DNA of 60,600 nucleotides, counting the filler. It is 5 parts of 5 records of this genome, joined end to end, with 100 filler letters (N's around TTAATTAATTAA, not from the genome) between each part and the next. Parts side by side here need not be neighbours in the genome. Positions count along the whole stretch, not along the records: positions 30,432 to 38,379 come from SRR22947725_2510; positions 38,480 to 53,035 come from SRR22947725_2514; 3 more parts are not named here. The stretch is one strand, 5' to 3'. Every line of letters starts with the position of its first letter. Position 1 is the first letter of the stretch. The notes beneath the pieces were generated by a model that was not told the origin of the DNA, ran no database searches, and saw only the letters and a list, made by a program, of their open reading frames with translations. Shown here in pieces: positions 32,276 through 42,001 of the stretch. The position numbers and the translations under genes were made by a program.

Positions 32276-32683
32276 ATGAAAATAATTTTAATAATGGGTC
32301 TTCCAGGCTCAGGCAAAACAACCTTAGCTGAAGAATTAGCACCATTACTAAATGCAAAAAGATTAAATGCAGATGAGGTTAGAAAAGAAGCAAATGATTG
32401 GGATTTTTCTGAAGAGGGTAGAAAAAGACAAGCAAGAAGAATGGCAGACTTTGCAAAAAAATTAAAAGAAGAAGGAAATTTTGTGGTGGCAGATTTTGTT
32501 TGCCCAACACCTGAAGCAAGAGCTTTGTTTCCTGCTGATTTTGTTATTTGGGTCGATACCATTAAAGAGGGAAGATTTGATGATACGAATAAGATGTTTG
32601 TTAAACCAAATAAGTTTGACTATCATGTAACCACTCAAGATGCTAAAAATTGGGCATCAAAAATAATAAAGGAGATTAAATAA
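32276..32683 (+). CDS. Small P-loop kinase, adenylylsulfate-kinase-like
   Basis: GLPGSGKTT, LNADEVR, DWDFSEEGR.RQA.RM and ADFVCP; shorter than a canonical CysC. Confidence 0.75.
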   Translation: MKIILIMGLPGSGKTTLAEELAPLLNAKRLNADEVRKEANDWDFSEEGRKRQARRMADFAKKLKEEGNFVVADFVCPTPEARALFPADFVIWVDTIKEGRFDDTNKMFVKPNKFDYHVTTQDAKNWASKIIKEIK

Positions 32684-33057
32684 TGGCGTACGAATGGGAT
32701 AATAAAAAACCAACTGCTCAAATGTTGGGAAGATGGCAGCCATTTCATGATGGCCATTACACCTTATTTAAAGAGATCGTAAAAAAAACAGGTCAAGTTT
32801 GCATTCAAATTAGAGACGTCCAAGGAGTTGATGATAATCCTTTTGATTTTGAAACAGTTAAAAAAAATATTGAAGATAGATTAAATCCAGAGTTTGAAGG
32901 TCAATTTAAAGTCATGTTAGTGCCAAATATTACAAATATTTGTTACGGACGGGGCGTTGGATACAAAATTGAAGAAATTGAACTGTCAAAAGAAATTCAA
33001 GAAATTTCTGCAACTAAAATAAGAGCCAAGATGAGAGAAGAAGGAAAATTAAAATAG
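32683..33057 (+). CDS. HIGH-superfamily nucleotidyltransferase (cytidyltransferase-like)
   Basis: GRWQPFHDGH and C-terminal ISATKIR motifs; translationally coupled (TAATG) to the kinase. Confidence 0.8.
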   Translation: MAYEWDNKKPTAQMLGRWQPFHDGHYTLFKEIVKKTGQVCIQIRDVQGVDDNPFDFETVKKNIEDRLNPEFEGQFKVMLVPNITNICYGRGVGYKIEEIELSKEIQEISATKIRAKMREEGKLK

Positions 33058-33063
33058 ATCTTA

Positions 33064-33843
33064 ATGAGTAGCAATATCAAGATAAAAAAAATTAACAGTG
33101 AAATATCTTCAATTATTATTGATGAACAAAAAACATATAATTCATTATCTTTTCAAAATTTAGATGATTTATTAAAGGCTTTTAAAAAACTTGATAATGA
33201 TAAACAATTAAAAGTAATTATTTTAGAAGGTGCTGGCAAAGGTTTTAGTGCAGGACATAACTTAAAAGAGGTTAGAGGATTAAAAAAAAGAGAAAAATAT
33301 CAAAAATTGTTTAATCTATGCTCAAGGGTAATGCTTCAAATCGTTGAGGGAAGAAAACCAGTAATTGCTAAAGTTCATGGGGCTGCATTTGCTGCTGGAT
33401 GCCAGTTAGTTGCTAGTTGTGATTTAGCTTACAGTACCAAAGATGCTTTATTTGCAACACCTGGTGTTAACATTGGTCTATTTTGCAGCACACCTATGGT
33501 GGCTGTTAGTAGAAAAATTAATAGAAAACCCATGATGAAGATGTTGTTAACTGGAGAACCTATTAAAGCAAATTATGCAAAAGAAATCGGATTAATTAAT
33601 GATTGTTATTCTAAATCAAAACTTAATAGTGAAGTTTTGAAAGTTGCAAAAACTATTGCATCAAAATCAAATTTAACAATTAAAATTGGTAAACAAGCTT
33701 TTTATAAGCAATTAGAGATGCCATTAAAAAAAGCCTATGCATATACTAGCAAAATGATGACAATAAATATGATGGCAATGGATGCTAAAGAGGGGATCTC
33801 AGCATTTTTAGAAAAAAGAACACCAAAATGGAAAAACAAGTAA
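33064..33843 (+). CDS. Enoyl-CoA hydratase/isomerase family protein
   Basis: FSAGHNL, AAGCQLVASCD, ATPGVNIGLFCSTP and EGISAFLEKR motifs. Confidence 0.9.
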   Translation: MSSNIKIKKINSEISSIIIDEQKTYNSLSFQNLDDLLKAFKKLDNDKQLKVIILEGAGKGFSAGHNLKEVRGLKKREKYQKLFNLCSRVMLQIVEGRKPVIAKVHGAAFAAGCQLVASCDLAYSTKDALFATPGVNIGLFCSTPMVAVSRKINRKPMMKMLLTGEPIKANYAKEIGLINDCYSKSKLNSEVLKVAKTIASKSNLTIKIGKQAFYKQLEMPLKKAYAYTSKMMTINMMAMDAKEGISAFLEKRTPKWKNK

Positions 33844-34040
33844 TGAAAAACAAAAAAAATATTATAATTTTTATTTTCATCATTTTAGGAATGTTTTTTG
33901 TTCTGAGTTTTAATGATCATAATTTCAAAAGAGCTGTTGACGCATGTCTTGCAGGAAGTCAAAAATTATCAGAGTCTAAAATTACTGATTTAGATGAAGC
34001 ACGAAAATTTTGTGAAGATCAAATTAATAAAAATAAATAA
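33843..34040 (+). CDS. Small membrane-anchored hypothetical protein
   Basis: ATG overlaps the previous stop; hydrophobic N-terminus and two Cys; fills an operon gap. Confidence 0.6.
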   Translation: MKNKKNIIIFIFIILGMFFVLSFNDHNFKRAVDACLAGSQKLSESKITDLDEARKFCEDQINKNK

Positions 34041-34043
34041 TTG

Positions 34044-34478
34044 ATGTCTGAAATAAAAGATATTCTCTCAAAATATAAAACTATTGCGATGATCGGAGTT
34101 AGCAAAGATCCTACTAAACCATCAACAATTGTTATGAAGTACATGCAAAAATATGGATTTAAAGTCATTCCAGTTAATCCAAGAGCAAAAGGTGAAAAAA
34201 TTTTAGGAGAAGAGGTGTATGAAAAAATAACAGACATTAAAGAACCAATTGATATTGTGGATGTGTTTAGACCTTCAAGAGAAGCTTATGGAATAGCAGA
34301 GGACACTGTAAAAATTGGTGCAAAAGTTTTATGGTTACAACTTGGTATAAGAGATGAAAGCGCAAAAGACTTAATGAAAAAAAATGATATTGAGTATATA
34401 GAAAACAAATGTACCAAGATGGAATATCAAAAATTTTTTTTAGGAAAAATGCAGGCTTTTCCGGTTTTAAGTAATTAA
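34044..34478 (+). CDS. CoA-binding protein (YccU-like)
   Basis: IAMIGVS, IPVNP, DIVDVFRPS and WLQLGI motifs. Confidence 0.88.
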   Translation: MSEIKDILSKYKTIAMIGVSKDPTKPSTIVMKYMQKYGFKVIPVNPRAKGEKILGEEVYEKITDIKEPIDIVDVFRPSREAYGIAEDTVKIGAKVLWLQLGIRDESAKDLMKKNDIEYIENKCTKMEYQKFFLGKMQAFPVLSN

Positions 34479-34897
34479 TGAATATAGTAAATTTTACACC
34501 AGTAACAGCAACTCTCGGGGGCATGATAATAGGTCTAGCGGTTGTAATATTTTTTTTATTTAATGGAAGATTAGTAGGAATTAGTGGAATAGCTGCTAAT
34601 GCATTATCAGAAAAAAATAATAGATTTGATAATTTATTGTTTTTAATTGGTTTAGTAATTGGTCCAATACTTTATACATTGTTCACAAACAAAGAGATTA
34701 ATATCACAATTTCAAATTCACTAATCTTATTAATTTGTGCGGGTTTGCTGGTTGGAATAGGAACGAGAGTCAGCGGAGGATGCACCAGCGGTCATGGAAT
34801 TAGTGGTATCGGAAGATTTTCTCTAAGATCTATTATTGCAACAATTACATTTATGATTGTTGGAATATTAACCGTGTTAATCAAAAATTATATATGA
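34478..34897 (+). CDS. YeeE/YedE family sulfur-compound transporter subunit
   Basis: GG.IIGL, GRLVGISGI and GGCTSGHGI.GI.RFS.RS motifs. Confidence 0.88.
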   Translation: MNIVNFTPVTATLGGMIIGLAVVIFFLFNGRLVGISGIAANALSEKNNRFDNLLFLIGLVIGPILYTLFTNKEINITISNSLILLICAGLLVGIGTRVSGGCTSGHGISGIGRFSLRSIIATITFMIVGILTVLIKNYI

Positions 34898-35313
34898 ATA
34901 AATTAATTTCTCTTCTTGCAGGTATAATTTTTGGTACTGGATTAGTCATTTCAGAAATGATCAATCCTGAAAAAGTTTTAAGTTTTTTAGATGTATTTGG
35001 AAATTGGGATCCATCATTAGCTTTTGTAATGATAGGGGCACTAATCGTTTCTTCACCATTATTTCATTTAATCAAAAATAAAGAAAAACCTTTGTTTGCT
35101 GATAGTTTTAATTATTCAAAAAACAAAGAGATAAATAATCGATTAATTATTGGATCTGCCTTATTTGGAGCAGGTTGGGGGCTAGGAGGACTATGTCCTG
35201 GTCCGGCAATATCATCTATTGCACTTTTAAATATTAATTCAATAATTTTTGTTTTTGCTATGTTTATTGGATTTTATTTAGTTAAATTCTTTAATCTTAC
35301 TAAGGCTAGTTAA
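34894..35313 (+). CDS. YeeE/YedE family partner subunit
   Basis: GL.IS.M.NPEKV..FLD..G.WDPSL and FGAGWGLGGLCPGP motifs. Confidence 0.88.
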   Translation: MNKLISLLAGIIFGTGLVISEMINPEKVLSFLDVFGNWDPSLAFVMIGALIVSSPLFHLIKNKEKPLFADSFNYSKNKEINNRLIIGSALFGAGWGLGGLCPGPAISSIALLNINSIIFVFAMFIGFYLVKFFNLTKAS

Positions 35314-35363
35314 ATTTTATATTACTATAATTAAAGTATAATATTTTATTAAAAAATATTTGT

Positions 35364-36974
35364 ATGAATAAATTACTTAAGTTTTTAGATAATACTTTTT
35401 TAGATTTAGGGCGACAGTTTAAGTGGAGTTATCTGCCTCCATTAATGGTTTATGTTGCAGCAGGTATTTCTGGTTTAACAGGAATTGTTGGAACTTTTTT
35501 TGTTAAAGATTATTTGAATTTATCAGCTGCGTTTCTTGCAGGATTAGGATTTTGGGCAGGAATTCCATGGGCTTTAAAAATGCCATTGGGACATTTAGTT
35601 GATCTCATCTGGGATAGAAAAAATTATATGGTTTTTTTTGGTGCATTTTTAATAGCACTAAGTTTGTTGATTATGTATGGGTTAATAATTCATACAGAAT
35701 ATCTAGCTCAAATTTTTTCAGTAGAAACTTGGTTTGTAATTAGTGTGATTTTAGCACCTGTAGGCTATGTAGTACAAGATGTTGTTGCAGATGCAATGAC
35801 AGTTGAGGCTGTGCCATTAACTGATGAGCATGGAAGTGATTACAGCAAAGATCAAATTAAGATCATGCACACAACAATGCAAACTCTTGGACGTTTTGCA
35901 ATTATTGGAGGCACTGTATTAGTAGCACTAGCAAACGTTATTTTATTTAGAGACGTGGAAAACTTAGAGCAGTCTGCTAAAATTGCTCTATATGGTAAAA
36001 TTTATATATATGCATTAGTTATTCCGCTTGTCTCAATTGCAGGAGTACTTTTAGCAAAACAATTAAGAAATAAAAAAATTCAAAATTTAAAATCTCTAGG
36101 ATTAGAATTTAAAGAAGAAAGAGGAACAGAAACAACTAAAGTTAATTGGTGGATTTTAGGAGGAAGTTTAATATTTGTTATTTTCACTTTATCAATTGGA
36201 TCTTTTAAAGTTCCCTTTGCTCAAGAAATAGTTTTTATCGGTTCAGTTATCATAATTTTATTTTTGATGTTTAAACTCATCAAAGAGTTACCAGAAAATT
36301 TACGACTAACAATTGTTGGAACAGCAGTAATCATTTTTATTTTTAGAGCAATGCCAGGTCCTGGACCTGGTCTAACTTGGTTTGAAATTGACGAACTTGG
36401 GTTTAATGAGCAGTTTTTTTCAGTTTTATCTCTATTAGCCTCAGTTTTAACTTTAGCTGGAATAGTTTTATTAAGACCATTTATGGCTAATAACTCAATT
36501 GCAAGAATAATAGTTGTATTAAGTATTGCTGGTGCAGTTTTATTTTTACCCAGTGTTGGAATGTATTACGGATTTCATAATTGGACAGCTTCATTAACAG
36601 GTGGGATTGTTGATGCAAAATTTATTGCACTGATTAATACAGCCCTAGAGTCACCTTTAGGTCAAGTATCAATGATACCTTTGTTGGCTTGGATAGCAAA
36701 AAATGCACCTTCACATCTTAAAGCAACTTTTTTTGCAGTCTTTGCCTCTTTTACAAATTTAGCTCTTTCTGCAAGTGCCCTTGGAACAAAGTATTTAAAT
36801 GAAATATTCACAGTTACTAGAGAAGTAAAAGATAAAGTATCAGGTGAAATTCAAACTACCGCTGATTATTCTGAACTTGGAATATTATTAATTTTAGTGA
36901 CCTTGCTAACATTAATTTTACCTATTTTGTTTGTTTTTATAATTAATAACAGCAAATATAAAACTCAAGAGTAA
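35364..36974 (+). CDS. Folate/biopterin transporter (BT1/FBT family, MFS fold)
   Basis: About 12 hydrophobic segments; PWALK...G...D, QDVVADAMTVE and AP...ATFFA..SFTNLA motifs. Confidence 0.7.
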   Translation: MNKLLKFLDNTFLDLGRQFKWSYLPPLMVYVAAGISGLTGIVGTFFVKDYLNLSAAFLAGLGFWAGIPWALKMPLGHLVDLIWDRKNYMVFFGAFLIALSLLIMYGLIIHTEYLAQIFSVETWFVISVILAPVGYVVQDVVADAMTVEAVPLTDEHGSDYSKDQIKIMHTTMQTLGRFAIIGGTVLVALANVILFRDVENLEQSAKIALYGKIYIYALVIPLVSIAGVLLAKQLRNKKIQNLKSLGLEFKEERGTETTKVNWWILGGSLIFVIFTLSIGSFKVPFAQEIVFIGSVIIILFLMFKLIKELPENLRLTIVGTAVIIFIFRAMPGPGPGLTWFEIDELGFNEQFFSVLSLLASVLTLAGIVLLRPFMANNSIARIIVVLSIAGAVLFLPSVGMYYGFHNWTASLTGGIVDAKFIALINTALESPLGQVSMIPLLAWIAKNAPSHLKATFFAVFASFTNLALSASALGTKYLNEIFTVTREVKDKVSGEIQTTADYSELGILLILVTLLTLILPILFVFIINNSKYKTQE

Positions 36975-37020
36975 TCAAAAAATTCATTAGTTATTTCTAA
37001 TTATTTTGCTATTAAAAGAA

Positions 37021-37590
37021 ATGAAAAAAATTTTTTTAGTTTACGGACATTATAATGATAATTCTTTCAATGCTGCGATTAGAGATACGTTTGTTAAAAC
37101 TGCTGAAGAAAAAGGTAATAAAGTTGACTCAGTAGATTTATATAAAGAAAAATTTGACCCTGTTTTTGCCGGAGAAGATCCTGGTGAAGATGTTTTAAAT
37201 CACCGTAAAAGAATAGAAGAATGTGACACAATTGTTTTAATAGCACCCATTTGGAATTTTAGAATGCCTGCTATTGTTGAGGGTTGGATTGATAAAGTTT
37301 TAGCTCCACCCTGGGCATTTAAATTTAAACAACTTTGGGGTAATTATGGATATCCAATAGGTAATTTAAGACAAAAAAAAGCAATAATTTTTTGTACTTA
37401 TGGTTCACCAAGATTAGCAATTACAACTTTCTTTTTAAATTTACCTATTAGAAGATTAAAAAGAGGAGTATTTCATATGTGTGGCATATATAACATTGTC
37501 TATAGAAGATACTTTGCAGTACCATTCGTTAGTGATGCAAAAAGGAAAGAATTTTTAGAAGATGTTAAGAAAACTGCAAATAATATTTAA
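37021..37590 (+). CDS. Flavodoxin-fold NAD(P)H:quinone oxidoreductase
   Basis: GH...SFN, DLY...FDP and PIWNFRMPAIVEGWIDKV motifs; start taken as ATG 37021. Confidence 0.85.
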   Translation: MKKIFLVYGHYNDNSFNAAIRDTFVKTAEEKGNKVDSVDLYKEKFDPVFAGEDPGEDVLNHRKRIEECDTIVLIAPIWNFRMPAIVEGWIDKVLAPPWAFKFKQLWGNYGYPIGNLRQKKAIIFCTYGSPRLAITTFFLNLPIRRLKRGVFHMCGIYNIVYRRYFAVPFVSDAKRKEFLEDVKKTANNI

Positions 37591-38035
37591 AGTATTATTT
37601 TTTGTTTCTTTTTTTCTCAATTCATCAAATGCAGAAATTCTCAAACCTAATAGCAATATTAAGCCATCAGAAGTAGTTAAAATCCAGCTAAGTGGACTTC
37701 AGAAAAATGATCTAGATTTTAAAGATAGTGGCATAGAGCAAACTTGGAATTTTGCGCACCCCAACAATAAAAAGGTTACAGGTCCTTTGCCTAATTTTAA
37801 GAGAATGATCAAAGGAGACTCTTATCAAATGATGATAGATCATCTTAGTCATACTATTACAGAGCTTGGAAGTAGTGACAAATGGGCTCAATTTGAGGTT
37901 ATAATTTTAGATAAGAATAAGATTTATCATAAGTTCAATTGGCAAGTTGAAAAGTACACTCAAGATGGGGTGTTAAAGGATTGTTGGTTGACTACAATGG
38001 TGTCAAATCCTATTCCACTTGGCAGCTCAATTTAA
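37562..38035 (+). CDS. Secreted DUF4864-like protein
   Basis: Signal peptide; VV.IQL..LQ.ND...GI...WNFAHP.N...GP...F..MI motif. Confidence 0.6.
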   Translation: MLRKLQIIFKVLFFVSFFLNSSNAEILKPNSNIKPSEVVKIQLSGLQKNDLDFKDSGIEQTWNFAHPNNKKVTGPLPNFKRMIKGDSYQMMIDHLSHTITELGSSDKWAQFEVIILDKNKIYHKFNWQVEKYTQDGVLKDCWLTTMVSNPIPLGSSI

Positions 38036-38091
38036 TTATCCACAGATACAATTTTGTTTCGTTATTTCAAAAAATTTAGTAGGAATCGCGG

Positions 38092-38379
38092 ATGAAAACA
38101 AAAACTAAAGTCGTAGTAGTTGGCGGTGGAGTTGTGGGGGTTAGTGCTCTTTACCATTTAGCAAAAAAAGGTTGGTCAGATGTTGTTCTTGTTGAGCGAA
38201 AAGAATTAACCTCTGGATCTACTTGGCATGCTGCAGGTTTATTACCATTATTTAATATGAGTTATTCAGTAGGACAATTGCATAAATATGCAGTGGACCT
38301 TTATAAAAAATTAGAAGAAGAAACTGGAAAAAATGTTGGCTTTAGTGTTGTATCAAATATTCGTTTAGCAAGCACCAAA
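38092..38379 (+). CDS. Dimethylglycine/sarcosine dehydrogenase-like FAD oxidoreductase (GcvT family), 5' fragment
   Basis: VVVGGGVVG.S.LYHLAK.GW and ELTSGSTWHAAG; cut by the spacer. Confidence 0.88.
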
Positions 38380-38479
38380 NNNNNNNNNNNNNNNNNNNNN
38401 NNNNNNNNNNNNNNNNNNNNNNNTTAATTAATTAANNNNNNNNNNNNNNNNNNNNNNNNNNNNNNNNNNNNNNNNNNNN
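38380..38479. other. Artificial contig spacer
   Basis: N44-TTAATTAATTAA-N44. Confidence 0.99.
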
Positions 38480-38509
38480 CTGGCATTGGTCACTTTCAGA
38501 CGAAGGTAC
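38480..38509 (+). repeat. 30-bp terminal direct repeat, left copy
   Basis: CTGGCATTGGTCACTTTCAGACGAAGGTAC, identical to 53006-53035. Confidence 0.97.
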
Positions 38510-38879
38510 TAAGGCATTTGTTAAATCATTCGGCACAAAGTATGGTTTCCCACCATCTCAAGCCGCTCACACAACTTATGTTCAAACATTATTATATGCG
38601 GACGCATGTGAACGTGCAGGTACATTCAATCCGTGTGGTGTTGGAGAGGCTCTTGAAGGCTTTAAATTTGACGGCATGGGTAATGGTCCAACTGAATATC
38701 GTGCGGAAGATCACCAATGTTTCAAAGATGTGTTAGTTGTGAAGGGTAAAGAAAACCCGACATCAGAATTTGACGTGCTGGAAGTTGTTGAGATTACTCC
38801 ACGTAGTCAAGTTGAATATGCTGTTGACCATCCAATGTTTGCAGGTGGTGCATTGGGTAAATGTAACCCAGGCGCATAA
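38480..38879 (+). CDS. ABC transporter substrate-binding protein (HAAT/Liv-like), 3' fragment
   Basis: Open frame from 38481: WHWSLSDEGTKAFVKSFGTKYGFPPSQAAHTTY...RAEDHQCFKDV...; precedes the permease genes. Confidence 0.88.
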
Positions 38880-38901
38880 AAGTTATACATTTATATAATA
38901 A

Positions 38902-38932
38902 AGGCCACAGCGTTTTCGCTGTGGCCTATTTT
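38902..38932 (+). terminator. Stem-loop after the binding-protein gene (terminator or mRNA-stabilising hairpin)
   Basis: Perfect 11-bp stem AGGCCACAGCG-TTTT-CGCTGTGGCCT followed by ATTTT. Confidence 0.8.
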
Positions 38933-38978
38933 AAAAGTTAGGTTAAACTAACTTATTGAAAAATAGTTTGGACACAAC

Positions 38979-40016
38979 ATGGATGCAATTCTTTTACAGA
39001 TATTAAATGGCTTAGATAAAGGAAGTGCCTATGCATTAATTGCTTTGGGGCTTACTCTAATTTTTGGCACTTTGGGGGTTGTTAATTTTGCCCACGGTGC
39101 TTTGTTTATGCTAGGCGCATTTTGTGCGGTGTCTTTACAAAAATTAATGTCTGTTTCAAAAATAACGATTGATCCATCTCAGTTAGATTTTTTAGGCAAT
39201 CCTTTAAAGGTAAAAACCCCCTACATTGTAGAGTGGTTTGGGCCAAACGTTGGAAATGTTATTATTGACTGGAATGTACCATTATCAATCATAGTGGCAA
39301 TTCCTGTAATGTTATCGATTGGTTACATTATGGAACGTGGTCTAATTAAACATTTTTACAAAAGACCGCATGCAGATCAAATCCTTGTAACTTTTGGATT
39401 AGCAATTGTGATACAAGAATTGGTAAAAGCAAATTATGGTGCAAACCCTATTCCTACTCCAGCCCCTGATCAGTTCGTTGGATCTTTCAATGTAGGTGCT
39501 TTGATTGGTCTTGATGCGAGTTATCCATACTGGAGATTAATATACTTTGCATTTTCAGCAGTAATTATTAGTGCAGTATTTGCTTTTCTGAGATTCACAA
39601 CATTCGGAATGGTGGTGCGAGCTGGAATGGCTGACAGAGAAACTGTCGGTTTGCTGGGCATAAATATTGATCGGCGTTTTACAATTATGTTTGGTATAGC
39701 TGCAGCTGTCGCAGGTTTAGCGGGGGTAATGTATACTCCTATAAATTCTCCCAATTATCACATGGGAATGGACTTTTTAGTCTTATCATTCGTTGTAGTT
39801 GTTGTGGGTGGAATGGGATCATTGCCAGGAGCAGTATTGGCAGGATTTCTATTGGGGATACTAGAAAGTTTTGCTTCAATGAATGAAGTCAAAGGCTTCT
39901 TTGAGATGCTTTATCTGCCATCAATTGACCAAATTATAATTTATCTTGTTGCAATAATCGTTCTGCTTACTAGACCCAGAGGGCTAATGGGCAAAGCTGG
40001 TGTGATGGAGGAATAA
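38979..40016 (+). CDS. ABC transporter permease (LivH-like)
   Basis: [21 protein letters not shown] and [10 protein letters not shown] motifs. Confidence 0.92.
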   Translation: MDAILLQILNGLDKGSAYALIALGLTLIFGTLGVVNFAHGALFMLGAFCAVSLQKLMSVSKITIDPSQLDFLGNPLKVKTPYIVEWFGPNVGNVIIDWNVPLSIIVAIPVMLSIGYIMERGLIKHFYKRPHADQILVTFGLAIVIQELVKANYGANPIPTPAPDQFVGSFNVGALIGLDASYPYWRLIYFAFSAVIISAVFAFLRFTTFGMVVRAGMADRETVGLLGINIDRRFTIMFGIAAAVAGLAGVMYTPINSPNYHMGMDFLVLSFVVVVVGGMGSLPGAVLAGFLLGILESFASMNEVKGFFEMLYLPSIDQIIIYLVAIIVLLTRPRGLMGKAGVMEE

Positions 40017-40018
40017 TC

Positions 40019-41221
40019 ATGAAAAGTATTTCAAATGCTGATACGCGAACATTATATTTTGTAGCTATAATCGCAATATTAGCCCCATTTATTTTAAACC
40101 CATTCCCAACAGATTCTGGGCTAGCACAATTTAACGCTGGATATCCTGACTTAATGCAACGTTTTGCTATCTATGGAATACTTGCTATTGGTTTTAATAT
40201 TCTTTTTGGTTTAACAGGCTATTTATCTTTTGGTCATGCCGCATTTCTTGGTGTAGGATCGTATTCTGCAGTCTGGATGTTTAAATTATTATCAATGAAT
40301 ATTATCCCTGCTATAATCTTATCAGTTATTGTTGCAGGACTATTTTCTTTGTTAATTGGATTTATTTCATTGCGTAGATCAGGTATTTACTTTTCTATTT
40401 TAACACTAGCCTTCGCTCAAATGAGTTTTGCTTTAGCATACTCAGTTCTTACTCCGCTGACAAACGGTGAAACAGGTCTTCAAATAACACTCAATGATCC
40501 AAGAATTTTTGCTGCAGAGAACGTTTCTGGAAATTTACCTGTAACATCACTTTTTGGTATGGAAATGCGTGACACTTGGACATTAAATTTGGGTGCATGG
40601 GATTTTCAGCTTAATATTGGGTATTATATATGTGCAATATTTTTACTTATTGCATTTTATTTATCCATTCGTATTTTTCGCTCACCTTTTGGAATGATGC
40701 TGCGCGCAGTCAAAACAAACCAAACACGTCTTAACTATACAGGAATTAATACACGGCCATATACACTCGCCGCATTTGTGATATCGGGGATGTATGCAGG
40801 TCTCGCAGGTGGTTTAATGGCATCGATGGATCCTTTAGCAGGTGCGGAGCGTATGCAATGGACTGCGTCTGGTGAAATTGTCTTGATGACTATCTTGGGT
40901 GGAACAGGGACACTATTAGGGCCTGTAATGGGCGCAGGATTCATAAAATATTTTGAAAATATTTTTTCAAAAATTAATGATACTGTCCTACATGGATGGT
41001 TCGCATGGATGCCAGACGGATTGGAAAATGTTATTGTTTGGATACTTCATTTATTTACAGGAAAAGGATGGCATTTAACATTGGGTATAATGTTCATGTT
41101 GATTGTGATTTTTTTACCTGGAGGTCTTATGGAGGGAATGTCACGAATTGGTAATTGGTGGAAACGCCGAAAAGGTGGAGATGAAAATACATCTGAAGCC
41201 AAATCAACACCAGCAGAATAG
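40019..41221 (+). CDS. ABC transporter permease (LivM-like)
   Basis: [28 protein letters not shown] and ILGG.GT..GP motifs. Confidence 0.92.
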   Translation: MKSISNADTRTLYFVAIIAILAPFILNPFPTDSGLAQFNAGYPDLMQRFAIYGILAIGFNILFGLTGYLSFGHAAFLGVGSYSAVWMFKLLSMNIIPAIILSVIVAGLFSLLIGFISLRRSGIYFSILTLAFAQMSFALAYSVLTPLTNGETGLQITLNDPRIFAAENVSGNLPVTSLFGMEMRDTWTLNLGAWDFQLNIGYYICAIFLLIAFYLSIRIFRSPFGMMLRAVKTNQTRLNYTGINTRPYTLAAFVISGMYAGLAGGLMASMDPLAGAERMQWTASGEIVLMTILGGTGTLLGPVMGAGFIKYFENIFSKINDTVLHGWFAWMPDGLENVIVWILHLFTGKGWHLTLGIMFMLIVIFLPGGLMEGMSRIGNWWKRRKGGDENTSEAKSTPAE

Positions 41222-41230
41222 GATCAACTT

Positions 41231-41989
41231 ATGGGAATTCTTGATGTTCAAAATGTGAATAAGAGCTTTGGTGGTCTTAAAGCATTGCACAATGTTAATT
41301 TAGACATTGAAGAGGGTAAAATTCATGCAATAATTGGGCCGAATGGTGCAGGTAAATCTACATTATTAAATTGTTTTGTAGGAAAACTAATGCCAGATAC
41401 AGGCACTGTAATGTTTGATGGGCAATCTTTATTAGGTATCAAACCACATGAGATAAACCAACTTGGAGTAAGCCGCGTATTTCAAACGCCTGAAATATTT
41501 TCAGAACTAACGGTTTGGGAAAATACTTTAATTCCATGTTTCGCTAAACGTGATGGTTCATTTGCTCTTAATGCCTTGTCGAGAGTTTCTGAAAATAAAG
41601 ATATGGCTGAGAAAGCTGAGAAAATGTTAGTTGATGTTGATCTTATTAATAAAAAAGACATGCTTGCATCGTCAATGTCTCGCGGTGATAAAAGAAGACT
41701 AGAAATGGCAATGTGTCTTTCTCAAAATCCAAAATTACTTTTGCTTGATGAACCGACAGCTGGTATGGCTCGAGCTGATACTCAAAGTACAATCGAGCTT
41801 TTGAAAAGTATTCAAAAGAAGCTTAAAATTACTATGGTTATAATTGAACATGATATGGGTGTTGTTTTTTCATTAGCTCAAAAAATTTCAGTTCTAGCCC
41901 AAGGAACTGTCATTGTTGAAGACGTACCAGAAAAAATTAAAGGGCATCCTAAGGTAAAAGAAGCTTACCTTGGTGAAGCTCAAGTATAA
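41231..41989 (+). CDS. ABC transporter ATPase (LivG-like)
   Basis: GPNGAGKST, LLLDEPTAG and IEHDM motifs. Confidence 0.93.
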   Translation: MGILDVQNVNKSFGGLKALHNVNLDIEEGKIHAIIGPNGAGKSTLLNCFVGKLMPDTGTVMFDGQSLLGIKPHEINQLGVSRVFQTPEIFSELTVWENTLIPCFAKRDGSFALNALSRVSENKDMAEKAEKMLVDVDLINKKDMLASSMSRGDKRRLEMAMCLSQNPKLLLLDEPTAGMARADTQSTIELLKSIQKKLKITMVIIEHDMGVVFSLAQKISVLAQGTVIVEDVPEKIKGHPKVKEAYLGEAQV

Positions 41990-42001
41990 GGTAAAAACTA
42001 G

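Noticed and set aside
38036-38044. Perfect DnaA box TTATCCACA upstream of the DMG-dehydrogenase-like gene
   Set aside because: An isolated single 9-mer with no companion boxes; plausible by chance in AT-rich DNA.
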